Virus record (IMG/VR): IMGVR_UViG_3300034683_000333
Length of the DNA stretch: 64,000 nucleotides
Source of the DNA: a virus
Strand: one strand, 5' to 3'
Shown piece after piece: positions 26,216 to 36,152 of this stretch (positions within the stretch are counted from its first letter, which is position 1; every line of letters begins with the position of its first letter). Below the pieces are notes generated by a model. The model was not told where the DNA came from and made no database searches. It saw only the letters and a list, made by a program, of their open reading frames with translations. The position numbers were made by a program, and so were the translations under genes.

Positions 26216-26241
26216 AAATTGTTTAGTAAAATCTTAGAAAA

Positions 26242-27213
26242 TTAGATAGTTCCACAATCCAAAGTCTTCACATAAAGTCGGTTTCCGTTACCGGCATCGA
26301 AATCGATGGTAGAACCATCCACTTTAAGTTTAAGTCCTCCGTTTTCGACGATGAACGGATGTGCATCAGTTGTGAATGCAAGATTTAGTGGTGCACCGTT
26401 TCCACCGGAAAGTCCTTGTCCTGCAACGTCGCCGATGACAAGTTCACCGGAGACTACCTTGATCGTCGTGTTATCGGTTCGTGCACTGATGGTGGAGTCG
26501 GAAATACTAATTCCGTCACCTGCTACATAGGTGGGGCTTGTAATGGTGGAGAAGGAAACCCACGAAGTGGTTTCGGCGTCATAAGTGTATCCCTTGTCTT
26601 CATCTTGGACAAAAACGGCCCAGTTTGCAGACGGAGCAAAGAAATCCCAAGATGTTCCGTTCCATTGTGCAATCTTGGCATCTTGTCCAGCCCAGTCGCC
26701 GGTTGCACCCGAGCCAACGAGATAGCGATCACCGGAATTTGGTGTAAGAGCGGATGGATCGGTAACGATGTCGAGCACAGGGTCACGCCAAGATAAACCA
26801 GCAATGGCGTTGTCAATTTCATTTCTGATTTTTTGAGAACTCCAAGCTTTCGTGGATAGTGTTGTTGAATCGTCGATTTCTGTATGAATTGAAGTGTTAA
26901 TAACATGGTTTGTGAAGTCTGTTTCTATACTAGTAGATCCACCCGAAATTTCGAGCCATTGACTTCCGTCATCAACCCATGTATCACCCGTGGATGAATC
27001 GACAAAAATACGACCTTTGACACCAGGTGATGGACGATTAGTAAGTAGATCAACAATGGCACGCCCAACGAGATGTGCATTTGTGCCATCGCTGATGTAA
27101 ATTTCGTTTGTGTCGGTCGTGTATGCAAGTTCACCAATCAGGAGTGGCGTCGTGCTCATAACAGTATCTAGGGCTGATTTTGTTCCTCGTTTAATTTGAA
27201 TAGTTGTTGGCAT
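26242..27213 (-). CDS. Tail fibre/spike-like protein (323 aa)
   Basis: MPTTIQIKRGT...GELAYTTDT N-terminus, a DUF2793-like segment (GDRYLVG.GATGDWAGQD.KIA.W.G..W.F), ends LDCGTI-TAA. All of its Trp codons are TGG. Confidence 0.8.
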   Translation of the reverse strand: MPTTIQIKRGTKSALDTVMSTTPLLIGELAYTTDTNEIYISDGTNAHLVGRAIVDLLTNRPSPGVKGRIFVDSSTGDTWVDDGSQWLEISGGSTSIETDFTNHVINTSIHTEIDDSTTLSTKAWSSQKIRNEIDNAIAGLSWRDPVLDIVTDPSALTPNSGDRYLVGSGATGDWAGQDAKIAQWNGTSWDFFAPSANWAVFVQDEDKGYTYDAETTSWVSFSTITSPTYVAGDGISISDSTISARTDNTTIKVVSGELVIGDVAGQGLSGGNGAPLNLAFTTDAHPFIVENGGLKLKVDGSTIDFDAGNGNRLYVKTLDCGTI

Positions 27214-27323
27214 TGTATAAACCCCCTTTCAGTTAATTTATTAAGCTAATCTAAAAGATAGTTTGACCTTTTTTGTTGAGTGTAATAACTTTTTTAATTA
27301 GTTAAAGAATTTATCAAAAATCG

Positions 27324-27352
27324 TTGACAAAGCTTTTTATGAGTAGTATAAA
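27324..27352 (+). promoter_or_regulatory. Near-consensus sigma70 promoter pointing into the TnpB element's right end
   Basis: TTGACA-17 nt-TATAAA followed by GGAGGGA, immediately before the element end. Confidence 0.75.
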
Positions 27353-27378
27353 GTTGAAAACTTCAAACATGGAGGGAT

Positions 27379-27530
27379 GTCAACTGCTCCCACTTAACTT
27401 CTGACGAAGTTTGAAGTGGGAGCTTGCGACTACCCAGTAGTACCAACGTGCTAAGCACTCCTACCTTCAATTGGTGTCGCATCAGGGCAGGTTGACGGCC
27501 ACCCAACCACCCAAGTCATGCTTGGATGGT
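27379..27530 (-). ncRNA. TnpB reRNA/omegaRNA (right-end derived)
   Basis: Structured region from the end of tnpB to the element's right end. The flanking ATCCCTCCATGTTTGAAG would serve as the guide. The 5' boundary is uncertain. Confidence 0.6.
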
Positions 27531-28637
27531 TTCTTCAACGATGTACTCAATTCCTTTTCGTTGAAGATTCATAGCACCCACTCGATCATCATTGGATTGG
27601 TAATGGCAATTTTTACAACAAAATGTATGTGTTTGTTTATTTCGATTGTCTTTTTCAGTATGTCCGCATTTTGGACAAGTTTGTGAAGTATATTTAGGAT
27701 CAACTGTAATGACTTTTGCTCGATGTTTTAAGGCTTTATATTCAATCTTTTGGCGTAAATCATAAAAAGCCCAAGACACCATGGTATATCGATCTTTCTT
27801 GCGGACTTTTTCTGTTGCTAGACGAATACCTGTTAAATCTTCTAAAACAAACAACGTGTTTGCTCCATATCGTTCAACGAGTGCCTTGCTAATGCAGTGG
27901 TTGACATCCTGCATCCAACGGTTTTCTCGTTGACCGATAGCTTTTAATCTTCTGCGAGCAGAAGGAGTTCGTTTCTGTTGCAACTGTTTACGCAATCGTT
28001 TATATTTTTCACGTTGATGTTTGATTCGTCGTCCATTCCAAAAGAATGTTTTTCCATTGGAATCATAGGTGGTGATGACAAAATTAACTCCAAAATCTAC
28101 TCCAACTACCTGATTGATACTTTTTAGATCACATTCTTCTATCTCTTTAGACATTGGAATATACAAAAACCATTTTCCGTGCTTGTACACAAGTTTCGCT
28201 GTGCCAAATGTCCAAGTACCATCAAAATATCCTTCAAATCCTTTAATTTCAAAAGGTACTTTGATTCGCCCTTCTAATGTGTTAACAGAAAACAAACCTT
28301 TATTTAAAGAATAATCTCGGTTGAAAACTAAGTCATATTGAGGTTTTTTAAAACATACCAATGTCCAAGAGTGACCATTGCTTTTTATGGTTCTATATTT
28401 AGCAATCACCGTTTTGATGACGGATTGAGCCATCTGTGAACGCAAACCAAATTGAGAACGTAAGTCTCTGTAAGTCATATTATGTAATTTAGCTTGCGTT
28501 AAAATTTTAGAGTGAAAAATAATTTCGGATACAAAATTACAGGCTTTTCGATAAGCATTCATAGTTTCTTTTAAAATAATTGCTTGTTCATTCGTAGGAT
28601 TTATTTTGATTTTAGCAGTTAGTGTTAAATTCATCAT
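27516..28637 (-). CDS. tnpB: TnpB RNA-guided endonuclease
   Basis: SD AAAGGAGG, RuvC motifs VGVDFG and VLEDL, Zn finger TSQTCPKCG...FCCKNC...NDDRVGAMNL. All Trp codons are TGG; ends TGA. Confidence 0.93.
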   Translation of the reverse strand: MMNLTLTAKIKINPTNEQAIILKETMNAYRKACNFVSEIIFHSKILTQAKLHNMTYRDLRSQFGLRSQMAQSVIKTVIAKYRTIKSNGHSWTLVCFKKPQYDLVFNRDYSLNKGLFSVNTLEGRIKVPFEIKGFEGYFDGTWTFGTAKLVYKHGKWFLYIPMSKEIEECDLKSINQVVGVDFGVNFVITTYDSNGKTFFWNGRRIKHQREKYKRLRKQLQQKRTPSARRRLKAIGQRENRWMQDVNHCISKALVERYGANTLFVLEDLTGIRLATEKVRKKDRYTMVSWAFYDLRQKIEYKALKHRAKVITVDPKYTSQTCPKCGHTEKDNRNKQTHTFCCKNCHYQSNDDRVGAMNLQRKGIEYIVEETIQA

Positions 28638-28762
28638 TACACCTCCTTTCACTAAAATATAGTATAACATAAAATTAGTGAAAAGTCAACTTTATGTAGA
28701 AAGGAAAGAAGGCGATTCCTCTCCAACTTTCGCTAACGCTTAGAAGTTGGAGTCTCCTCGCC

Positions 28763-29001
28763 AAGTTGTGATGAATGATATTTTGTGGTTTGATTTTCCT
28801 GTTCGTGGGGTCGAGCAGGTGGATCATCCCGTTGGCGCTCTCTGGATCTTTGGGATTGAGCAACTGGGTTGTGGCGTTGCCCTGGGGGTCGTTGTCGATT
28901 ACCAATACACGTTTATGTTTGGTTCCCAATACGGCGGCAAGGTTGCATGTAATCGTGGTTTTACCGACGCCCCCCTTGTTGTTCCCAATCGTGATAATCA
29001 C
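28763..29001 (-). pseudogene. parA: ParA/Soj ATPase N-terminal fragment truncated at the TnpB element
   Basis: [16 protein letters not shown]...[14 protein letters not shown] (deviant Walker A). No ParA continuation follows the other end of the element. Confidence 0.8.
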
Positions 29002-29214
29002 GGTACACTCCGTAGGTTATTGTTACCATCCTTTCTACCCCAATTGTGAACCGAGTTCCCCCAAGAAAATCACATTTTTGCGTCTCTTGCAAACGGAAAA
29101 CAAAATTTTGGACGAAAAAATTCCCCCCATATCACCTAGTTTGGCAAAATATATTTATTCTCAACTAATTTATTAAATATTTCGGCATCAATTATAACAA
29201 CTAATGAGGATTTC

Positions 29215-30408
29215 ATGACATACGATCTTTAGATTCCAAAAAATTTTGATACGGAATTTATTGATTTACCTATTGAAAGAGTGTTTGTTGTGGAAGACGG
29301 TGCTCGTTTACCATTTGTTAATGTTATGGTTGATTAGTTTGTAATAATAGTTAATCAACCGGATGTCTTCGCAATGGCAATGGAGACGGGGTTCAATCTT
29401 GTTGGGTTGGATGTTGCAATGACGCTTCATGCGGAAATGGACCCAACACAATTGTTTGTACCGTACTGGTCATTTGATTGGTATATGGAAGATAGTACAG
29501 ATGTTAGTACTGGAAAAAGATTGTTTCAAACTTATATTGATGCTATTCAGCCTTATTATGAAATTTTGTACAATTTTACCCAAATAGATATGGGTAGGGT
29601 AGGGCTTAACCTTTAGATTAATATGTATGAAAATGATTTATAGCCCGCTTATATGGATTTATTGAATTATTGCCGTGGAATTCTGACAGCGCTTTCAAGA
29701 TATAAGGAAATATATTATATAGAATATGATGGTAACGATCCAGCGCTTGGCCCAATTCCAATAAACACGTGTACTTATCATACAAAAAATAACAATTTAT
29801 CAATAAGTGATCCTGGAAGTTGGTATGGTGATATGAATTGGAACATTTTCGATCCTTAGAGGTTTGAAACTTACTTGGAAGGGTTAGATGGGGTTTACAT
29901 TTATGATGTAAGTGTATCGGATTCAGATATTCAAGCTTCTCATGGAATTCCATATACAAATCTCGATAAAGATACATTGATTGTAAATTGGTCTTCTGAA
30001 GGTGTAACTGGAATTGAATTTCCATTTTCAATTCATAATCGAAAATAGGCAAACAATCTTATTCTGACGTTTTCAAATGTAGAAAAACCATCAAGTGTTA
30101 GTGGGTAGGACCTAGCATTTACAACAAGTAAAAAATATCTATTCAAGGGAGAAAAAGCTATTGGGCAATTTTGTCAAGCTTTTTCGTGGTTTTTTCTTCA
30201 ACCTATGATAACACATAAACTATAGAAGAAATATAGAGAATGGAATGGATATTCACTTACAAATGAAGATATGATTCTTTTTCCATCACCAATCAATACC
30301 AAATCAAAGTAGGATAATTTTATTAACTATTATAAAGAAAATTACGCATATGGACAATTTATGAAGTCTGGAATGGCTTCAATATAGAATAACATCTTTG
30401 ATGAGTAA
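29215..30408 (+). CDS. Hypothetical protein (397 aa), about 10 TAG
   Basis: SD GAGG before ATG 29215. One frame through ORFs 29374 and 29653 to TAA 30408. Confidence 0.75.
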
Positions 30409-30439
30409 TTAAAACCAAATAAATTAGGAGATAATATCC

Positions 30440-31696
30440 ATGCTTAACGACGTTTTTTACAGACTCTAGAATCGAAGATTTTATGATTCACGTGATTATC
30501 CCGTAAAGATTACGGAAAAACATTCGATTAATGGGCCGATCACGGAAGATACACGTAAGATCAAGCTAGGTGAACGGGTTTTCGATTTCGACGATGTACT
30601 TCTCGCACGAATTGTGAAGTCGACGAGTGCTGTATCACTTCGTTTGATTCATTATGAATCCATTGCCTTTTACGGGATTCCGTTTGATCTCACGGTCGAT
30701 TTCCTAAGCTATGATGCAACAACCGATAATTATTACTTTTCACTACACTTTTTCCGTGGAGATAATTTCGATACTTGGTCAACGGACTACACGCTTAATG
30801 GTGGTATCGGGGGAAATCACCCGATTGTTATTGATGCCCTTTGGGGGAAGATGACATTGGTGATTGATGAGTTTTCAGCCGGAGCCATGGCTGTTATCAC
30901 AATGATTGCCTATGGAAATGAAGTTATTGTTGTTGATTCCCTAAATGTGTTTGCCAAGCGAGGAGATGTAAATGCTTTATATTTCAACGTTCCATCAAAT
31001 TCAATTGTTTTAAACGATTTACCATATCCGTGGAAGGATGGATATATTGATGTTTTGATTCGTTATCGTGGTCTTGGTAGTATCATTCGTGCAGAAGATT
31101 TGAATGATATTGTTGATGTTGTTAAATATTATAATTTACTACCAAAATTTGATATTGTGAAGAACAATAACAATGACATTAAGTTGACGATTCGTGGGGA
31201 ATATTATTATCTAGGGAGTCATATTGAAAAATATGAGACTCAAACAATACAGATTGAGGATGAAATTCTAATTGGTCAATAGAATGTACTCGTAGGATAC
31301 CTTGACATCCTAAATAATATTTTCGGAGTAAGGAGAATTGCGACTGCATCCAACTACAATCTCGTGATTGATACAGTTCCAGATTTTGAGTTTGAAAATC
31401 CAGATGTGGAAACTCCCGTGTTTATCATGGTGTTTGATTCTGAAAAAAATATTTATGAATATGCCTACATTCAGAACCGAAGCGGTGGTAGTGGTGGTGG
31501 TCTCAATAAATATTCAGTAACCATTGATAATGCAACGCACGTGGTGATTCCCATGGCGACTGAAAATCCACCCATTGTGGCGATTTATGGGAGTGATGGG
31601 AAACAGGTCTTTGCCGATAGTGTGGAGTGGATAGGGAATAACGTTGTTGTTGATTTTCTGAATCCACAAAGCGGCACTGTTGTTGTGATCAATTGA
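30440..31696 (+). CDS. Hypothetical, probably structural, protein (418 aa), 2 TAG
   Basis: SD AGGAG before ATG 30440. Joins ORFs 30614 and 31364; ends TGA. Confidence 0.75.
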
Positions 31697-31994
31697 AACG
31701 AAAACAGTTGCTAAGTAAAGAGAACTTCACCCGATACAAAAGCGAAGTTCTCTTTTTTTTCTGTTACTTACAAAGTCTACTTATTGCTTTTGGGGTGTCA
31801 TGCTATACATTAAATTTATCGCTAGCATATTGTAATAGTGCAGGAATACGGCTTTCGCTAAATAAGTTGGGTTGCTACTATTTTTCCATATGTTCGGTTG
31901 CAAATTCTAAGAAAAACGTAAAGTATTGGTTGGTATTTATTTTTTCTGGGTTATACTATTTATCAAAATTGTTAGAACAAGTACGTGAACATTG

Positions 31995-32218
31995 TTGACT
32001 TTAACTGAACAGCAACAGAAGTCGCCCACTTCTGTAAGTGGGTGATGAATGTTGCAAAAATATATAAAAAATGCTAAAATTATTATAGCGAAAACCAAGC
32101 TAATTAGCCATGTAATTGGTAAAGCTGGGGAAGGAACAGCCCTTTGAGCGTGGGATAACTTGCTCCGTTGGGAGTATTGACCACGAAGCCACCACTTCTA
32201 TAAGTGGGGGTAGTTCAC
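31995..32218 (+). mobile_element. Non-autonomous IS200/IS605 miniature element (no ORF) with a TnpB-type right end
   Basis: Left part TTGAC...CGCCCACTTCTGTAAGTGGGTG hairpin, an internal promoter-like stretch (TTGCAA...TAAAAT), and right end GAAGCCACCACTTCTATAAGTGGGGGTAGTTCAC. Confidence 0.7.
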
Positions 32219-32344
32219 TGCGTTACTAATATACATAGAATTAGTTATTTATTCAATGTAAATCAGAATTTTATGTTTGTGGGGTGTATTTAGTTGTTAC
32301 ACTGGCGTTGTCACGAGAATTTTTGACAATGATTGGAGGAAACA

Positions 32345-32827
32345 ATGAAGCACTAGAAATATTTAAAATACATAACAAAACATAAGTAGTATGTATTTAT
32401 CGAGTGTGTTAAAATGGGGATTCCATTGACTGGAATTTTCCATGATTGGAGTAAATTTAGGCCATCTGAGTGGTTTCCATATGCAAACTACTTTTTTGGA
32501 AAAAAATCAAAATACACCGAGGCTAAATTTGATTTCGCTTGGTTACTTCATCAAAAACGAAACAAGCACCATTGGGAGTATTGGGTTTTGCGTGGGAAAA
32601 ATGGCAAGGTAAAGGTGTTCCCTATGCCGCTGAGATACAGAAAGGAAATGTTAGCTGATTGGATTGGGACAGGTAAAGCAAAAAACAATAAAAACGACGT
32701 TGTTGAGTGGTATTTGAACAATAAACATCGTATTATTCTACACTAGCATACTAGGAGATAGATTGAGCGAGAATTGGGTATTGATCCATTATTTAATCAA
32801 CCGCTAAAGCCATCAAAACAAAAGTAA
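32345..32827 (+). CDS. DUF5662-like HD-type phage protein (160 aa), 4 TAG
   Basis: SD GGAGG. Reads MKH[TAG]KYLKYITKHK[TAG]YVFIEC...HDWSKFRPSEW...AWLLHQKRNKHHWEYW...EMLADWIG...ILH[TAG]HTRR[TAG]IERELG, ending TAA. The family motifs HKWYVF and TRKWIE are recalled, not searched. Confidence 0.8.
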
Positions 32828-32880
32828 TGATTTTTTTCTTTACTTGTTGTCATGTATATGATATAAGATAATCAAAATAG

Positions 32881-33441
32881 ATGGAGGAGGGTGTTATGGA
32901 AGTCAGAGTTTTCTTTTTCAGGGGAAAGAAGGGTGACATCATTGGACATTCCGAAGACGGGAAGATCGTCTTTATTGACCGAAAGTCCACTTTGATCCCC
33001 AATGATGGGGAAGCTTGGTTTGCTAGGGTTGTAGCTGAAACACGTTCGGGTCATAAGATTGTTAGCCCGGTGGAACGTGTGAGTGATCGGCAAAAACGTG
33101 AAGCCGCCGCCATGACATCGGAGGCGGTTTCTTGCGCTCGTCGTTGGGCCAATGGGGACCCGGATCGGCTTGAATTTGTGAAGAAGTTCAACGACGACAC
33201 AATTCTATATTATTACAAAAATGGTGTTGATTTTCTTCAAAGGTCGCTTTCGGATGCGTTTGATCTTTGGATGAAGACGCAAAAGAGAGTGAGAAAATCC
33301 CCCGATTTTATCCATGAGGTAATTTCGGCCATCGAACCCGGTCCCGAAACGGAACCGCCCAAGGCTCCCGAAAAGCCTGAATGTGATCGACCTGGGTTGG
33401 TTCCCCTTTTCAATCGAGAAGAGGGGGGTGTGTTTCGGTGA
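32881..33441 (+). CDS. Hypothetical protein (186 aa)
   Basis: Clean GC-richer ORF, ends TGA. Possible start at 32896 after GGAGG. Confidence 0.7.
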   Translation: MEEGVMEVRVFFFRGKKGDIIGHSEDGKIVFIDRKSTLIPNDGEAWFARVVAETRSGHKIVSPVERVSDRQKREAAAMTSEAVSCARRWANGDPDRLEFVKKFNDDTILYYYKNGVDFLQRSLSDAFDLWMKTQKRVRKSPDFIHEVISAIEPGPETEPPKAPEKPECDRPGLVPLFNREEGGVFR

Positions 33442-33442
33442 T

Positions 33443-33873
33443 ATGCGTATCATCCATTTGAGAATGTTTTCTATGTCACGGGCGTTTCGGATAGTCCCTA
33501 CAAGGGGGATCTGAAGGTTTCGAAATCTCTTCGGAGGCCCGTTGAGATCACCACAACCCAGGAAACTTTGGATTGGGATGCTTTCGGGTATCCTACGGAT
33601 TCGGTCGAGATTATGAAGAAAAAGATCCATGATGCCAGAGAACGGGCCTTGATTTGGATGGACTACGAAGCGAAGCTCGAAGATTATAAAAAGGCAAAGG
33701 CTCAGTGGCTCTCCGGTTCCGTTAGGAACCAGCTTTAGCATTTCAATTGGACCGTCGAAGATGGGAAGGTTTACGTTCCCGGTGAAGAAGGTCTGGTTGA
33801 GGTTCATCCCACGTCATGGGAAGATGTTCATGAACTCCTGGATGTGCAAAGACGGCGGGGTGGTGTAATTTAA
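33443..33873 (+). CDS. Hypothetical protein (about 143 aa) with an unresolved start, 1 TAG
   Basis: Open frame YAYHPFENVFYVTG...NQL[TAG]HFNW...GVI-TAA continues in the frame of 32881..33441 after its TGA. The ATG at 33443 is one base out of frame. Confidence 0.5.
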
Positions 33874-33897
33874 ATAAAAAAAAAAATGATTACTTTT

Positions 33898-33929
33898 AAC
33901 CCGGTCATTTCAAAATGACCGGGTTTTTA
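33898..33929. terminator. Bidirectional Rho-independent terminator
   Basis: AACCCGGTCATTT-CA-AAATGACCGGGTTTTT between convergent genes. Confidence 0.85.
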
Positions 33930-34069
33930 TTTTGTTATCTATCAGCAAATATACACGGCGAAATAATTAGCATCCAAATAAATATGGAAAATCCGAAAAA
34001 ACAAGCGCAAAGAAAAATAAAAAAGAGATCTACGAAGACATCTGTTTTATTTCTCATCGAATTGTCCTA

Positions 34070-35248
34070 TTAACAAACAAATCCAAAAGTTTCGTATTCG
34101 ATGTTGTTCTTTTTTAGAAATTCCTTTGCCTGTTCAAGCCGATACGTCTTTTTGAGAATCATGTTTTTAAGACAGTTAGCCACAATTTGTTCATCTCCAT
34201 TTTCGTAAGCCCCAAAGAGAACCGGGGAATATTCTTTGTAATCTTTCATCACAATTTCCGCAAATTCTTTCCTCGAATTAGTTGAATTACGTAAATCGTT
34301 AAGTAATTTATGAAGTTCATCAACCGTTGTGTTAAAATAGTTAACAAATCCCTGCCACAACGAAGTTACATAGTCTCGTATTGCTGTTTGATCGTTTGGT
34401 ATGTTATTCATCAAATCATCAATTTTTTCTTCGAGAACGAGACGAATAATGTCATTTTCCCGAATGCCACTTCCCGATATCAACCGATGCCGTTCAAAAT
34501 ACCAACTGGTTTTCAGCTTAACAAGTTGATCGGAATAAACCAAAATCCAACCTTCAACACCTTCCAAGGTTTTGCTCTGGTTTATCAAGTGATCCAAAGT
34601 CATGTTGTCGAATCGCCGTGCAACTGGGATATCGTACTTGGTAATGAGATTGGTTGCGTAGGGGTCGTTATAAATATCAAGGTATTCTCCAGTCGTCTCA
34701 TCCCTCATCTGAATGAGGGTAAGCGATGGTTTGTCATAATAGATGACGATCTGATTTCCCGGAGCACAATATTCAAAAATTGCCGCTTTTCCATCGGAAA
34801 TCGTTTGTTCAACGAATGCACGTACATTTGGGTTATTTTCGAAAATGATCTGTGCGTTTTTGGCCGGATCAGATTCAAATGAAAGTTTCGTTTTGGCTCG
34901 AATGTTTCCGTTCACAGGAACAAAGCGAATCATTGATCCATCGAGTTTTTCAACAACGTACAACAGGTTTTTATTTTTCAATTCATGATACTGGTAACCA
35001 TCGGTTTCATTGAGATTGAAAAATTTATGAAGATGTAAAAATCTAGAAAAACAATCCGATCCGTTTTCGACAAAAGTAAGTCCCCTCAATTCCTGTGCAT
35101 TGAAAATGGAAAAATCTTGGGGAGTCGCAAGCATATAGGAAAACTGATAGACCTTTTTGCCATCAATCAATTCTTCTTTTACCCGAAAGGAAGTAGAATT
35201 TTTAACAATTTCAAAACAAGTGTTGAGATCTGGTAAATAAAAAGACAT
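34070..35248 (-). CDS. T4 RnlA-like RNA ligase 1
   Basis: Motifs HKFFNLNE, EKLDGSMI (adenylation Lys), AIFE, EGVEGW and VKLKTSWYFERH. No TAG; ends TAA. Confidence 0.88.
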   Translation of the reverse strand: MSFYLPDLNTCFEIVKNSTSFRVKEELIDGKKVYQFSYMLATPQDFSIFNAQELRGLTFVENGSDCFSRFLHLHKFFNLNETDGYQYHELKNKNLLYVVEKLDGSMIRFVPVNGNIRAKTKLSFESDPAKNAQIIFENNPNVRAFVEQTISDGKAAIFEYCAPGNQIVIYYDKPSLTLIQMRDETTGEYLDIYNDPYATNLITKYDIPVARRFDNMTLDHLINQSKTLEGVEGWILVYSDQLVKLKTSWYFERHRLISGSGIRENDIIRLVLEEKIDDLMNNIPNDQTAIRDYVTSLWQGFVNYFNTTVDELHKLLNDLRNSTNSRKEFAEIVMKDYKEYSPVLFGAYENGDEQIVANCLKNMILKKTYRLEQAKEFLKKNNIEYETFGFVC

Positions 35249-35268
35249 GGATTAAACACCCCCTTCAA

Positions 35269-35622
35269 TTAAATTTCTTTATACATTTCTTCTTCTGTCC
35301 AATCAAGTGATGGATCAATTGGATTACCATTTTCATCAACGAGATTGGTGAAGATGTTTGGTCCCGAAGACCAGATATCTGCGGCTTCTATTTCATAAAC
35401 GGTTCTACCATCTTTTAATACGTATCCTGGTAGCATTACTTCGTGGCTATATGGATTAAACACGTCAATGTAGAAATATTTTCCGTCAACTATTTTCATT
35501 TTGTCGTATGTTTCTTGTAGTTTGCCATCAACGTACACTTCGACTTTTTCTGTTGCGGCGTTTTCATCGAGAAATTCGTAGGCACGTTGTGTTAAACCTA
35601 TAAAAGTTGTGGATCTTGCCAT
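35269..35622 (-). CDS. Hypothetical protein (117 aa)
   Basis: SD GGGGA before ATG 35622 (MARSTT), ends TAA. Confidence 0.7.
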   Translation of the reverse strand: MARSTTFIGLTQRAYEFLDENAATEKVEVYVDGKLQETYDKMKIVDGKYFYIDVFNPYSHEVMLPGYVLKDGRTVYEIEAADIWSSGPNIFTNLVDENGNPIDPSLDWTEEEMYKEI

Positions 35623-35639
35623 TGTAAGTCCCCCATGGT

Positions 35640-35861
35640 TTAATCTAGTGTCCAAGCGGTTTTACCATAAACTTGAAGATAAATAATTGCATGATTGATA
35701 AAAAGGGCTTCTGGATCGATGATTACTGGAACTTGTTTATCAACAAGCACCATGGCCTCACCCAAGGAAAGATCATGTACGTTTACAAGAACGTACTCAT
35801 CGGTTCTGAAAACATCAAGATTTTTGGAATGTTCGGGATGATAGACAACGACGGTTTTCAT
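35640..35861 (-). CDS. Hypothetical protein (73 aa)
   Basis: SD GGAGG before ATG 35861 (MKTVVV), ends TAA. Confidence 0.65.
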   Translation of the reverse strand: MKTVVVYHPEHSKNLDVFRTDEYVLVNVHDLSLGEAMVLVDKQVPVIIDPEALFINHAIIYLQVYGKTAWTLD

Positions 35862-35884
35862 AATCAACCTCCAACAACAGTGTT

Positions 35885-36152
35885 TTAAGTACGAACACTA
35901 ACAAGAAGTGTTCCTCCTTTCGGAGTTATTTTGCCCATCCCCAATGTTAGACTGGCTTGTTTTGTATGTACCACTGTCCCTACCCCTCAGGACTGTTTAG
36001 GTACATGCGGCAGAGCATGGGACTTGAGCAGCATCCCATGGTGTCATGACCAGTCTAACGTAGCCCGATGGAAAGTTAATCTTTCCCATGGCTGAGGGTA
36101 GTCAACTAAGGCTTTTGCAAGCCTCCACCTCTATAGGTGGTGGGTAGTTGAC
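35885..36152 (-). ncRNA. Stand-alone IscB-type omegaRNA (iscB reduced to about 6 codons)
   Basis: Nearly identical to 520-776 from GTCAACTACCCACCAC to the SD AAAGGAGG, then TTG TTA GTG TTC GTA CTT (LLVFVL, like an IscB start), then unrelated phage sequence. Confidence 0.85.

Larger units (their letters stand above)
27379..28762 (-). mobile_element. IS200/IS605-family (IS1341-like, tnpB-only) element
   Basis: Left-end hairpin CTCCAACTT...AAGTTGGAG (about 28716-28755), tnpB, and right-end hairpin GCTCCCACTT...AAGTGGGAGC ending GTTGAC. The left boundary is approximate. Confidence 0.85.

Noticed and set aside
12954-27213. Diversity-generating retroelement acting on the fibre genes
   Set aside because: No reverse transcriptase and no near-identical TR/VR pair differing at adenines in the window. 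The repeats are old protein-level duplications.
31693-31998. 101-aa hydrophobic + strand ORF
   Set aside because: No SD and a TTG start. The opposite strand has a 78-codon frame (31764..32000, four TAGs) with more protein-like composition but no start. Neither is well enough supported to call.
33205-33807. 200-aa minus-strand ORF
   Set aside because: Antisense to two + strand reading frames that have better SD and operon context.
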